A stretch of DNA of 56,380 bases, from NCBI GenBank assembly GCA_041494685.1, contig JBGQBE010000016.1, positions 1 through 56,380 of the forward strand, given 5' to 3'. Made by a program: the position numbers and the translations under genes. The notes beneath the pieces are model-generated. The model worked only from the letters and a program-made list of their open reading frames with translations, did no database searches and was not told the origin of the DNA. The DNA comes from Dehalococcoidia bacterium. Its GTDB lineage: Bacteria > Chloroflexota > Dehalococcoidia > DSTF01 > JACRBR01. Positions 27,394 to 37,499 of this stretch are shown piece by piece (positions within the stretch are counted from its first letter, which is position 1; each line of letters opens with the position of its first letter).

Positions 27394-30264
27394 ATGGCAC
27401 AGACCAGCGCACGCACCCGCAAGCCGAGCACCAACGGACGCGTCAAGAGGGCCACCGCGACGCGCGCAGTCGTCAAGGTCACGCCCCGACCCGGCGAGGA
27501 GCAGTTCCGGGATCAGATCAAGTGGAAGAAATGGACCTGGGGCAGCCACTGCGTGGACTGCTACCCCAGCAACTGTCCCTTCCGCGTCTACGTCGGCGAA
27601 GACGGCGAAGTGTGGCGCGAAGAGCAGGCCGGGACCTACGACACGGTCGAACAGGGCGTGCCGGACTTCAACCCGAGCGGCTGCCAGAAGGGCGTCTCGT
27701 GGCACCGCCTGCTCACCGGCAAGGAGCGCGTCCTCAAGCCGCTCAAGCGCGACGGCCCGCGCGGATCCGGCAAATGGAAGGAAGTCTCCTGGGACCAGGC
27801 GCTGGGCGAGATCGCCGACCACATCATCGACGCCATCCAGGAGCAGGGCCCCGAGTCCGTGATCCGCATCGGCGAGCCGGCTGAGGGCGGCACGCAGTCG
27901 CTCATCTACGGCAGCACCATCGTCAACCAGATCGGCGGCACGGTCACCGACGTGCAAGCCGAGATCAACGACTTCTCGCCGGGCATCTACGTCACCTTCG
28001 GCATGTTCGACCCGGCGGCGAGCTGCGACGACTGGTTCCACACCGACCTGATGCTCTGCTGGCAGATCAACCCTGCCTACACCTCCATCCCATGGCACCA
28101 CTTCATCTCCGAGGGCCGCTACCGCGGCGCCGAGGTCGTGGTGATCGCGCCGGACTTCAACCCGACCGCTCCCCACGCCGACTACTACATGCCGGTGCGC
28201 ATCGGCACCGACGCGGCGCTGGCCAATTCGATGTCGCAGGTGATCATCGAGGAGAACCTGGCCAACTGGAGCTTCGTGCGCGAACAGACGGACCTGCCGC
28301 TGCTCATCCGCACCGACAACCAGCGCTTCCTCCGCGGCAGCGACGTCGATGGCGGGCGCGACGACCAGTTCTACTGGTTCGACGAGAAGTCCGGCGAGGT
28401 CGTCGAGGCGCCGCGCGGTACGCTCGCGCTCAAGGGGCGCAAGCCCGCGCTCGAAGGTGTGTTCAAGGCAAAGCTGAAGGACGGCAAACGCGTCAGCGTC
28501 ACCCCGGCATTCGCCGTGCTTAAGAAGATGCTGGACGCGGACTACACCCCCGAAAAGGCTCAGGCCATCACCGGCATCAACCCCGACCTGGTCCGCACTA
28601 TTGCCCGCAAGGCCGCGAAGAAGCGGACCCGCATGCTGATGGGCTGGAACTCGGGCAAGTACTACCACGGCGACCTGATGGAACGCGCGATGATGCTGGT
28701 GCTCGCACTGACCGGTAACTGGGGCAAGAAGGGCACCGGCGCCCGCTCGTGGGCAGTCGGCATGTTCGACGGCCAGTTCATGGCACCGAACAAGCCCGTA
28801 CCGGGCCAGGACATCACCAGGGCGGCGATGGCCGGCCGCGAAGCGATGTACGAGCAGATGCGCAAAGACGACCCGACGATGACCGAGGAGATCATCGGTC
28901 ACGAGATGGCGTACCAGGGCGCGGCCATGGGCGGCACCGTGCCGCCGGCGTTCTTCTGGTACTACCACTGCGGCTACCAGGAGATCTGGAACAAGAAGAC
29001 CTGGGGCGACGTGGGCATGAAGCGCACGTTCGACGAGTACTTCCAGGAGGCGCTCGACAAGGGCTGGTTCAAGGGCGCCATTCAGCCGGCCGCCAAGCAG
29101 GAGCCGCGCGTCATCTTCGAGGTCGGCTCCAACCTGCTCCGGCGCACGCGCGGCGGCCAGGGCATGCTGCTCAAGAACCTCTGGCCCAAGCTGAGCTGCA
29201 TCATCACGATCGACTGGCGCATGAGCACGACCGGGCTGTGGTCCGACTACATCCTGCCCGCGGCCCATCACTACGAGAAGCCGAACTTCTGCTACTCGAC
29301 GCCGCACATCATGCACCTCACGTTCTCCGACCGGGCCGTGCCGCCGCGCGGCGACTCGAAGGAGGAGTTCGAGATCGCCGTGCTGCTGGCCAGGAAGATC
29401 GAGGAGCGCTCCAAGAAGCGGAAGTTCTCGAAGTACACGGACGCGCACAACATCCCGCACGATCTCCAGGGCATGGAATCGCGCATCACCCTGAACGGGT
29501 ACTACGACAGCTCCGACAAGGTGCTGGACGAGATGGTGAAGGACAGCGTCGTGATGGGCAACCTGCCCGAAGGCACCACGCTCGAGACCATGCGTGAGAA
29601 GGGCTACGTGCGCTTCAAGGACTGGGGCATGTCGCCGATGGCGATCGGCCAGTCGTCCGACATCAAGGACGACGAGACGCACGCACCGTTCCGTTGGCAC
29701 GTCGAGAAGAAGATGCCGTTCCCGACGTTGACCCGGCGCGCGCAGTTCTACATCGACCACGACTGGTTCATGGAGGCGGGTGAAGAGTTCCCCATCCACA
29801 AGGACACGCCCGCGCAGGGCGGCGACTACCCGTTCCACCTGACCAGCGGCCACCCGCGCTGGTCGATCCACTCGATGAACATGACCAACCGCATCATGCT
29901 GAACGCGCACCGCGGTCACCCGTTCTGCTACATCAACACGACGGACGCGGAGCAGCGCGGCCTGACGGACGACGAAGAGGTCGAGCTGTACAACGACATG
30001 GGGACAATGAAGGTGGCGCTCCGCGTGGCGCCCTCCGTCCGGCCGGGCCAGCTCATCATCTACAACGGCTTCGAGCCATACCAATTCGACAAATGGCAGG
30101 ACCCGGCCAACGTGGAGCCGGGCATGGTGAAGTGGCTCGCCTTCGCGGGCGGCTACGGTCACCTGCGATACCGCGGCATCCACTGGCAGCCCGTGCCGAT
30201 TGACCGGGCGATCAGGCTTGATGTGAGGAAGATCGGCGTAACGTCGGGAAAGGAGACTGTGTGA
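27394..30264 (+). CDS. Mo-bisPGD oxidoreductase alpha subunit 4 (EbdA-like; closest to alpha 1), no Tat signal
   Basis: GSHCVDCYPSNC, NPSGCQKG and EIND; many blocks identical to alpha 1. Confidence 0.92.
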   Translation: MAQTSARTRKPSTNGRVKRATATRAVVKVTPRPGEEQFRDQIKWKKWTWGSHCVDCYPSNCPFRVYVGEDGEVWREEQAGTYDTVEQGVPDFNPSGCQKGVSWHRLLTGKERVLKPLKRDGPRGSGKWKEVSWDQALGEIADHIIDAIQEQGPESVIRIGEPAEGGTQSLIYGSTIVNQIGGTVTDVQAEINDFSPGIYVTFGMFDPAASCDDWFHTDLMLCWQINPAYTSIPWHHFISEGRYRGAEVVVIAPDFNPTAPHADYYMPVRIGTDAALANSMSQVIIEENLANWSFVREQTDLPLLIRTDNQRFLRGSDVDGGRDDQFYWFDEKSGEVVEAPRGTLALKGRKPALEGVFKAKLKDGKRVSVTPAFAVLKKMLDADYTPEKAQAITGINPDLVRTIARKAAKKRTRMLMGWNSGKYYHGDLMERAMMLVLALTGNWGKKGTGARSWAVGMFDGQFMAPNKPVPGQDITRAAMAGREAMYEQMRKDDPTMTEEIIGHEMAYQGAAMGGTVPPAFFWYYHCGYQEIWNKKTWGDVGMKRTFDEYFQEALDKGWFKGAIQPAAKQEPRVIFEVGSNLLRRTRGGQGMLLKNLWPKLSCIITIDWRMSTTGLWSDYILPAAHHYEKPNFCYSTPHIMHLTFSDRAVPPRGDSKEEFEIAVLLARKIEERSKKRKFSKYTDAHNIPHDLQGMESRITLNGYYDSSDKVLDEMVKDSVVMGNLPEGTTLETMREKGYVRFKDWGMSPMAIGQSSDIKDDETHAPFRWHVEKKMPFPTLTRRAQFYIDHDWFMEAGEEFPIHKDTPAQGGDYPFHLTSGHPRWSIHSMNMTNRIMLNAHRGHPFCYINTTDAEQRGLTDDEEVELYNDMGTMKVALRVAPSVRPGQLIIYNGFEPYQFDKWQDPANVEPGMVKWLAFAGGYGHLRYRGIHWQPVPIDRAIRLDVRKIGVTSGKETV

Positions 30265-30905
30265 GCATGCGCGCGAAGAGGGTCACAAATGCGACCGCAC
30301 TGCTCGACCCCAACGCAAAGGGTTGGGAGAAGATCGACCGCGAGGTGGTGGAACTGGCAGGCATGCCGGTCCATCTCCAGACGTCGCGATACGTGCGGAC
30401 GGTCTGGGCGGACAAGCTCGTCGGAAAGGTGCGGGCCGTTTCCGTGCGCGCCGCACACGACGGCGAGCGACTGGCAATCCGCCTCGAGTGGAACGACGAC
30501 ACAGAGAACAAGGAGTTCGCGGAGCGCCAGTTCCCGGACGCCGCCGCCGTGGTCTTTCCGACCAACGGCGACGCACCCCTGGTGACGCTGGGCGCGCCGG
30601 ACGCGAAGGTCAACGCCTGGTACTGGCGGGCGGACCTCGAAGAAGGCGAGAACCTCGTGGCGCAGGGACTGGGCACCGACACGCCCACCAAGGACACCCC
30701 GATCGCGGGGCGCGGCGTCTGGAACGACAGCCGCTGGTCCGTGGTGGTCAGCCGCGAGCTGAAGGCCAAAGGTGCCGACAACGTGAAGCTCGCGCCCGGC
30801 AAGACCGTGAAGACGGGCTTCACCGTGTGGGAAGGCAGCAACCGCGAACGTGGCGACCTGCGATCGTACTCACGCCAGTGGCGTGAACTCGCGCTAGAGC
30901 CGTAG
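30261..30905 (+). CDS. Gamma subunit 2 (EbdC-like DOMON), heme ligands substituted
   Basis: AAHDG, RLEWND, FPDAAA, VNAWYW and VWEGSNRERG present, but VTLG and GDLRSY at the ligand positions. Confidence 0.85.
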   Translation: MSMRAKRVTNATALLDPNAKGWEKIDREVVELAGMPVHLQTSRYVRTVWADKLVGKVRAVSVRAAHDGERLAIRLEWNDDTENKEFAERQFPDAAAVVFPTNGDAPLVTLGAPDAKVNAWYWRADLEEGENLVAQGLGTDTPTKDTPIAGRGVWNDSRWSVVVSRELKAKGADNVKLAPGKTVKTGFTVWEGSNRERGDLRSYSRQWRELALEP

Positions 30906-30918
30906 GAGGAGACGAGCC

Positions 30919-32058
30919 ATGCCGAAAAATGGAAAGGCCCCAGCCGGCAAGGCGGCCGGAAAGGCATCGGACGGACACGCGTCGTCCGCAAAGGCACTCG
31001 CCGCGAGGGCGGCCGTCACACACCGGCCGGAAAACCAGGTCGCGATGGTCTTCGACCTCAACAAGTGCATCGGTTGTCAGACCTGCTCCGTCGCCTGCAA
31101 GACGCTCTGGACGCGCGACGAGGGCACCGACTACCAGTGGTGGATGACCGTCAACACCCAGCCCGGACGCGGCGCCCCCAAGGACTACGAGCAGATGGGC
31201 GGCGGCTATCGCGACGGCGTGCCGCAAGAAGGCATCCTGCCCACGCGCGAGGAGTTCGGCGGCGGCTGGGACTTCAACTACGACGAAGTCTTCTACCAGG
31301 GCAAGGGCAACACCGTGCACCTGCAGCCCCTCGGCAAGAAGCCGACGTGGGGGCCGAACTGGGACGAGGACCAAGGCGCGGGCGAATACCCCAACGCCTA
31401 TTACTTCTACATGCCGCGGCTGTGCAACCATTGCACGCGGCCGTCGTGCCTCGAAGCGTGTCCCCGCTCGGCGATGTACAAGCGCCCGCAGGACGGCGTC
31501 GTGCTGCGCGACGAGGAGAACTGCCGCGGCCTGCAGTTCTGCGCCGAGGCGTGCCCGTACAAGAAGATCTACTTCAACTACGTGAAGAAGGTCAGCCAGC
31601 ACTGCATCATGTGCTTCCCGCGCCTGGAAGAGGGCGTCGCACCGGCGTGCGCCCGCCAGTGCCCGGGACGGCTCGTGTTCGTCGGCCACCTGAACGACGT
31701 CGAGCGGCCGATCCACAAGCTGGTGTACGACTGGGAAGTGGCGCTGCCACTGCACCCGGAGTACGGCACCGAGCCCAACATCTTCTACATCCCACCGATG
31801 AGCCCGTACCGGCTCAAGGAGGATGGGAGCCTGGACACCGAGACGCCACGCATCCCGATGGAGTACCTCGAGCGGCTGTTCGGCCCGCGCGTGCACAAGG
31901 CCATGAACACCATGCAGAGTGAACTCGCGAAGGTGCGGAGCGGCGGAAAGTCCGAACTGCTGGATACGCTCATCGTGTACCGCTGGCACACATTGTTCGA
32001 GCCATTCTCGCGCGACCCAGTGGAGGTGGGCGGGCCCAAAGCAACCGGAAAGCGTTAA
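30919..32058 (+). CDS. Beta subunit 1 (EbdB/NarH-like Fe-S protein)
   Basis: MVFDLNKCIGCQTCSVAC, CNHCTRPSCLEACP, CRGLQFCAEACPY and CIMC...PAC..QCPGR. Confidence 0.94.
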   Translation: MPKNGKAPAGKAAGKASDGHASSAKALAARAAVTHRPENQVAMVFDLNKCIGCQTCSVACKTLWTRDEGTDYQWWMTVNTQPGRGAPKDYEQMGGGYRDGVPQEGILPTREEFGGGWDFNYDEVFYQGKGNTVHLQPLGKKPTWGPNWDEDQGAGEYPNAYYFYMPRLCNHCTRPSCLEACPRSAMYKRPQDGVVLRDEENCRGLQFCAEACPYKKIYFNYVKKVSQHCIMCFPRLEEGVAPACARQCPGRLVFVGHLNDVERPIHKLVYDWEVALPLHPEYGTEPNIFYIPPMSPYRLKEDGSLDTETPRIPMEYLERLFGPRVHKAMNTMQSELAKVRSGGKSELLDTLIVYRWHTLFEPFSRDPVEVGGPKATGKR

Positions 32059-32085
32059 CGACAATTTGGTTTGAGGCCGGGGTCT

Positions 32086-32185
32086 GAAACCCAGCCGGCG
32101 TCCATACAGGCGAAGAGATGAGCGAGTGGTCCCGCCCCGAACGGCGGTGCCAGCGGACGCCAGTACAGGACGACGGCTGGGTTTC
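32086..32185. repeat. Intergenic inverted repeat (REP-like or structured leader)
   Basis: GAAACCCAGCCGGCGTCC (32086-32103) pairs with GGACGACGGCTGGGTTTC (32168-32185) at 17/18. Confidence 0.7.
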
Positions 32186-32207
32186 TAATATTTTCAGCAG
32201 GTGACGG

Positions 32208-35123
32208 ATGACGACACGCGTCAACCGCAGGACATTCCTCAAGGGCAGCGGCGCGGTCGTGACCGCGATGGGGCTCAGCCGCCTGCTGCCGCTGCCCGGC
32301 TTCGATCACGCCGCTACCGTCGCCGCGCGCACTTATTCGTCCTTCGAAGACCTCTATCGCCAGAAGTGGACGTGGGACAAGGTCACCTGGGGCACGCACC
32401 TCGTCGATTGCTACCCCGGCTCGTGCTCGTGGCGCGTCTACACCAAGGACGGCGTCGTCTTCCGCGAGGAGCAGGCCGCGCGCTATCCGCAGGTCGAAAA
32501 AGGCGTGCCGGACATGAACCCGCGCGGCTGCCAGAAGGGCGGCTGCTTCAGCGAGGTCATGTACGGCTCCGAGCGCATCACCTACCCCATGCGCCGCACC
32601 GGCGAGCGCGGCGAGGGCAAGTGGGAGCGCATTACCTGGGACGAGGCGCTGACGGATGTCGCGGACAGCATGATCGACGCGGTCCAGAGCCACGGGCCGG
32701 AGTCGATCATCCACGAGTACGGCACGGGCGAGGGCGGCACGGTGCACGGCGCGATCCCCAGCTGGCGGCTGACGCGCCTGCTCGGCGGCACAGTGTTCGA
32801 CAGCAACGCGCTGACGTCGGACTTCAACGTCGGACTCTACGAGACCTTCGGCAAGTTCCAGTTCGCCAGCTCGATCGACGACTGGTACCACGCCGATCTC
32901 ATCCTGCTCTGGCACATGAACCCGCTGTACACGCGCATCCCGTCGGCGCACTACATCATGGAAGCGCGTTACAACGGCACGAAGGTCGTCTCGATCGCGC
33001 CCGACTACAACGCGTCGACGATCCACGCCGACCTCTACGTGCCGGTGCAGATGGGCACCGACGCCGCGCTGGGGCTGGCGATCGCGAAGATTATCATCGA
33101 TGACGGTTCATACAACGCCGCGTTCGTGAAGGAGCAGACTGACCTGCCGCTGCTCGTGCGGATGGACACGAACCGGTACCTCCGCCAGCCCGACGTCGAC
33201 GGCAAGGGGCGCGAAGATCAGCTCTACTTCTGGGACACCGCGAAGGGCGCACTTGCGCGCGCGTCACGCAAGACGCTGCGGCTGGGAGACATCGACCCCG
33301 CGCTCGAGGGCACATTCGACGTTACCCTCGCCGACGGCTCGACCGTCAAGGTGCGGCCGGTGTTCGCGGCGCTGCGCGAGCACCTCCAGGACTACACGCC
33401 GGAGCGCGCAGCGCAGATCACCGGCGCATCGCCCAGCACGATCCGGCGGCTCGCAGGCATGGTGGCGGCGGCGAAACGCGTGCACATCCTGCAGGGCTTC
33501 AACACGCCGAAGTACTACCACGGCGACCTGATGGAGCGGTCGATGGCGCTCGTGCTGGCGCTGACCGGCAACTTCGGCCGCCAGGGCACGGGGCTGCGCG
33601 GCCACAACAGCAGCCAGCTCGTCATGGCCACCGTCATCAAGGGGAAGCCCGGGCTCGAAGGCTTCATGGAGATGGCCCAGAACCAGTTGGACATCGAGGA
33701 CGAAGCGATCAAGGACGACCCGGACCTGTCGCCGGAGATGCTGGCGATCGCCGTCGAGCGTGCGGAGGCGCGCGACAGCGCGCTGACGCCGCTGCCGATG
33801 AGCAACATGCTCGTGCCGCCACACTTCTTCTGGTACTGGCACGCCGGCTACAAGGACGTCTGGAACAACCGCGCCTGGGGCGACACGGGCATGAAGCGGA
33901 CGTTCGACGAGTACTTCAACGAGGCTATCGACAAGGGCTGGTGGGACAAGCTGATTCAGCCGGCGGAAGATCAGACGCCGCAGGTCTTCTTCGGCTCCTG
34001 CGGCAACACCCTGCGGCGCACGCGCGGCGGCGCCAAGCTGCTGCTTGAGAACGCCTGGCCGAACTTCAAGAAGGTCATCACCATCGACTACCGCATGAGC
34101 GCGACGGCGCGCCAGTCCGACATCTTCCTGCCGGGGGCGGCCTTCTACGAGAAGACCGACTTCCGCTTCCCGACGGCGCACCTCAACTTCCTCGTCTTCA
34201 CGGACAAGGCCGTCGAACCGCCCGGCGAGGCGAAGCCGGAATGGGAGATCAACTGGCTGCTCGCGCAGAAGATCGAAGAGCGCGCGAAGGCCCGCGGGAT
34301 CGCCGACGCCTACAAGGACCGGCGCGGGCGCACGTTCCACTTCGACGGTCTGCTCAAGCGCTTCTCCATGGGCGGCAAGATCGGCCCGAACGACCAGGAC
34401 AAGATCGCCGAGGACATGATCGACGACACCGTGCGCGCCGGAGCGCTGCCCGAGAAGACGACGCTGGCCACCTTCCGCAAGAAGGGCATCGTCCGTTTCA
34501 CGCACATCGGCGTCGACGCCGTCGGACAGAACCAGGCGACCGACATCAAGCCGGACAAGACGGTCAACCCGCTGAGCTGGCACGTCGAAGACAAGCTGCC
34601 GTACCCCAGCTACGCGCGCCGCATCCAGTTCTACATCGACCACGAATGGTTCCTGGAGGCGGGTGAGGCGCTGCCCACGCACAAGCCGACCCCCAAGATG
34701 GGCGGCGACTTCCCGTTGGTGATGACCAGCGGCCACCAGCGCTGGTCTATCCACTCGATGTGGGTTTTCAACAAGGTGCTCTCGCGCACCCACCGCGGCC
34801 ATCCGACGATCTGCATGAACCCGGCTGACATGAAGGCCCGCGGCATCGCCGACGACGAAGAAGTCCACGTGCGCAACGACTTCTCGTCGTTCAACGTCCG
34901 CACGCGCGCGACACCATCGTGCCGGCCGGGGCAGGTGATCGTCTACCACGCCTGGGAGCCGTCCCAGTTCCCCGGAGGCAAGTCGTACGACATCGCGATC
35001 CCCGGCCTGATCAAGTGGCTCCATCTCGCCGGCGGGTACGGGCACCTGCGGTACTACCGCTGGAACTGGGTACCGCAACAGGTGGATCGGGCTGTGTCGG
35101 TGGAAGTGGAGAAGGTGGGATGA
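32208..35123 (+). CDS. Mo-bisPGD oxidoreductase alpha subunit 5 (EbdA-like) with Tat signal
   Basis: NRRTFLK plus h-region; YRQKWTWD, GTHLVDCYPGSC, NPRGCQKG and TSDFNVG. Confidence 0.93.
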   Translation: MTTRVNRRTFLKGSGAVVTAMGLSRLLPLPGFDHAATVAARTYSSFEDLYRQKWTWDKVTWGTHLVDCYPGSCSWRVYTKDGVVFREEQAARYPQVEKGVPDMNPRGCQKGGCFSEVMYGSERITYPMRRTGERGEGKWERITWDEALTDVADSMIDAVQSHGPESIIHEYGTGEGGTVHGAIPSWRLTRLLGGTVFDSNALTSDFNVGLYETFGKFQFASSIDDWYHADLILLWHMNPLYTRIPSAHYIMEARYNGTKVVSIAPDYNASTIHADLYVPVQMGTDAALGLAIAKIIIDDGSYNAAFVKEQTDLPLLVRMDTNRYLRQPDVDGKGREDQLYFWDTAKGALARASRKTLRLGDIDPALEGTFDVTLADGSTVKVRPVFAALREHLQDYTPERAAQITGASPSTIRRLAGMVAAAKRVHILQGFNTPKYYHGDLMERSMALVLALTGNFGRQGTGLRGHNSSQLVMATVIKGKPGLEGFMEMAQNQLDIEDEAIKDDPDLSPEMLAIAVERAEARDSALTPLPMSNMLVPPHFFWYWHAGYKDVWNNRAWGDTGMKRTFDEYFNEAIDKGWWDKLIQPAEDQTPQVFFGSCGNTLRRTRGGAKLLLENAWPNFKKVITIDYRMSATARQSDIFLPGAAFYEKTDFRFPTAHLNFLVFTDKAVEPPGEAKPEWEINWLLAQKIEERAKARGIADAYKDRRGRTFHFDGLLKRFSMGGKIGPNDQDKIAEDMIDDTVRAGALPEKTTLATFRKKGIVRFTHIGVDAVGQNQATDIKPDKTVNPLSWHVEDKLPYPSYARRIQFYIDHEWFLEAGEALPTHKPTPKMGGDFPLVMTSGHQRWSIHSMWVFNKVLSRTHRGHPTICMNPADMKARGIADDEEVHVRNDFSSFNVRTRATPSCRPGQVIVYHAWEPSQFPGGKSYDIAIPGLIKWLHLAGGYGHLRYYRWNWVPQQVDRAVSVEVEKVG

Positions 35124-36193
35124 AGCTCAACCTCGTCGCGATCCAGGCGAAGCCCGTGATGTCCGACTACGCGAACGCCGAGGCGTTCTACAACAAGATG
35201 GCGGAGCTGATGGCGCGTGCCGCGAAGTGCGCTGACTTCTCGCTTCCCACCCTGGTCGTCTTCCCGGAGGGCATCGGCCTGCCGCTGGCGTTCGTGCCGC
35301 AGACGTACAACCAGATCGGCGACGCCAAGACGATCCTCCAGGTCGCGCTGCGCGCGCTCCCGCGCAACCTGCCGCGCTTCTCTCGCGCCCTGCTGAAGTT
35401 CCGCACGTCGCTCTTCCGTACGATCTTCCTCGAGACGGCCCTGGAGTCGGAGGACATCTATACGACGACGTTCTCGACGCTCGCGCGCGAATACGGCGTC
35501 TACATCTGCGCCGGCTGCATCTACCTGCCGCACATCGAAGACGAAGCGGTGAAGGGGCGCCACGTCGTGAGCCGCGCCGTGTACAACCAGTCGTATCTCT
35601 TCAACCCGAACGGGATCTGCCTGCGCCGCACGCCGAAGATCAACCTGGCGCCCCCGACGGAGCCACGGTTCGGGTTCAGCCCGGGCAACCGCGCCGACAT
35701 CATGCCCGTCGATACGAAGATCGGCCGCCTCGGCACGCTGGTCTGCTACGACGCCTTCCACCGCAGCCTGATCGAGCGCATGGACGCCATGGGCGTCGAG
35801 ACGCTGATCAATCCCTCGCACAACGAGCGCCGCTGGGACGTACCGGCGGGCTTCGACAAGTCGATCACCGTGGGCGAGGCGTGGGTGCGCCACGGGCTGC
35901 CAACCATGATCCAGGGCCGCGAGCACCTCAAGTACGGCGTCACGGCGATGCTCGTCGGCCCCGTGTTCGACGTGCGGTCGCACGGACAGTCGCGGATCTG
36001 CAAGAACCTCGGCCCCGCCGACTCCGACCCGCGCAAGGCAATCATCGCGGAGGCATCGGTCGACGAAGAGGACGTCATCTGCGCGACGGTCGACGTCGCG
36101 GGCGAGGGCGGCGTCAGCCCGAATGGTCGCCTCGCGGAGATCCCCGACATCTCCGAACGCATGAGCAAGGAGCCGCGCTATGGCGGTGCTTGA
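35120..36193 (+). CDS. Carbon-nitrogen hydrolase (nitrilase superfamily)
   Basis: VVFPE, PKINL and LVCYD supply the Glu-Lys-Cys triad; ATGA overlap with alpha 5. Confidence 0.88.
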   Translation: MKLNLVAIQAKPVMSDYANAEAFYNKMAELMARAAKCADFSLPTLVVFPEGIGLPLAFVPQTYNQIGDAKTILQVALRALPRNLPRFSRALLKFRTSLFRTIFLETALESEDIYTTTFSTLAREYGVYICAGCIYLPHIEDEAVKGRHVVSRAVYNQSYLFNPNGICLRRTPKINLAPPTEPRFGFSPGNRADIMPVDTKIGRLGTLVCYDAFHRSLIERMDAMGVETLINPSHNERRWDVPAGFDKSITVGEAWVRHGLPTMIQGREHLKYGVTAMLVGPVFDVRSHGQSRICKNLGPADSDPRKAIIAEASVDEEDVICATVDVAGEGGVSPNGRLAEIPDISERMSKEPRYGGA

Positions 36194-37499
36194 CGCCGCG
36201 CGCTGGCTGACGTCGCGACCCGGCTCCCAGGAGCTCACGCAGCCGCGCGCGCTCGGCGCACGCAACCACGTCGCGTTGTGGGCGGCGTTGTCGATGAGCC
36301 TGCTCGTCTTCGTGCCCGGCGCGTACCTTGTACCGGCGCTCCGGCTGCGCGACGCCATCGCCGTAAGCATCGCCGGCAGCCTTGCCGGCGCCGCGATGCT
36401 CGGCGCGGTCGCCGGCCTCGCGGCGAAGCACCACCGCAACAGCGTCGGCCTGCTGGCGTCGACGCTCGGCGTGCCTGCCGGCCCGATCGTGGCGGCGTTC
36501 TTGCTGTTGCGCCACGTGGTCTGGGCCATATTCACGCTGGCGTTCGCCGCGAACGTCGCGTCGCACGTGCCCGGCCTCCGCGGATCCGCCGCGACGTGGG
36601 GCATCGCGTTCGGCGCGCTCGCGCTCGCGCTGGCGTTGCTGCCGTCGCGCCTGTTCGTCGAACGGTGGATCGGCTGGTTCTCGGTATGGGTGGGTGTGGT
36701 GCTCGTCGCGCTTGTCACGCTCACCGGCATCACCACCTACGGCATCCCCGTCTTGCACGACGCCGACGGCCTCGGCGGCTGGCCGACGCGCGCGCAGGGC
36801 TTCGACCTGATCGCCGCGATGCCGCTGCTCTGGCTCCCCGTCGTCGCGGACTACGCGTACGACGCGCGCTCGCGGCGCGCCGCCGGCGTGGGCACCTTCG
36901 CCGGCTCCGGCCTGATGACGGCATGGTACGCCACCGTCGGCGTCCTCTGGGTGTTCACGGTGAGCGCTCCCGACGTCGCCGGCTTCATGAGCGCGCTGCC
37001 GATCGGCGCGGCCGCCATCCTCATCGTCATCGCGCTCCAGGCCAACGCCGTTGCCGCGAACCTCTACGCCGCATCGATGGCGGGCGGGCGGTTCGGATAC
37101 CGCTGGTTCCGCCCGGCACTGATCGCGGCCGGCATCCTCGCCGGCGCCGTCGTCGCACGCACCGACGCGTTGGGCGTCGAGGATGCCGCCCTGCTGCTGG
37201 CGTCGATCTTCTTGCCGCTCTTCGCGGTGGTGCTGGCCCGCGCGATCGTCCCAGCGGCTCCGTCGGCGCTCTCGTGGCTCGCCTGGGCAGCCGGCGTGCT
37301 CGCGTACGGCTGGATCGATCCCAGCGGCGTCTCCGCGTGGCGCGCCACGATGGAGTTCATCTTCAGCACGGTGCTGCACGCGCCGTTCCCGCTCGGCGGC
37401 GACCTGACGCAGCTGCCGGCGACCGCCGTTTCGTTCGCCGTGGCGGCCGGCCTCTACCTCGCAACCGCGTGGCCCGTGCAGCGGCTGAGGAGGGTGTGA
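36180..37499 (+). CDS. NCS1 / cytosine-purine permease family transporter (CytX-like)
   Basis: About 12 hydrophobic segments; FDLIAAMPLLWLPVVADY and ANLYAAS motifs. Confidence 0.78.
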   Translation: MAVLDAARWLTSRPGSQELTQPRALGARNHVALWAALSMSLLVFVPGAYLVPALRLRDAIAVSIAGSLAGAAMLGAVAGLAAKHHRNSVGLLASTLGVPAGPIVAAFLLLRHVVWAIFTLAFAANVASHVPGLRGSAATWGIAFGALALALALLPSRLFVERWIGWFSVWVGVVLVALVTLTGITTYGIPVLHDADGLGGWPTRAQGFDLIAAMPLLWLPVVADYAYDARSRRAAGVGTFAGSGLMTAWYATVGVLWVFTVSAPDVAGFMSALPIGAAAILIVIALQANAVAANLYAASMAGGRFGYRWFRPALIAAGILAGAVVARTDALGVEDAALLLASIFLPLFAVVLARAIVPAAPSALSWLAWAAGVLAYGWIDPSGVSAWRATMEFIFSTVLHAPFPLGGDLTQLPATAVSFAVAAGLYLATAWPVQRLRRV

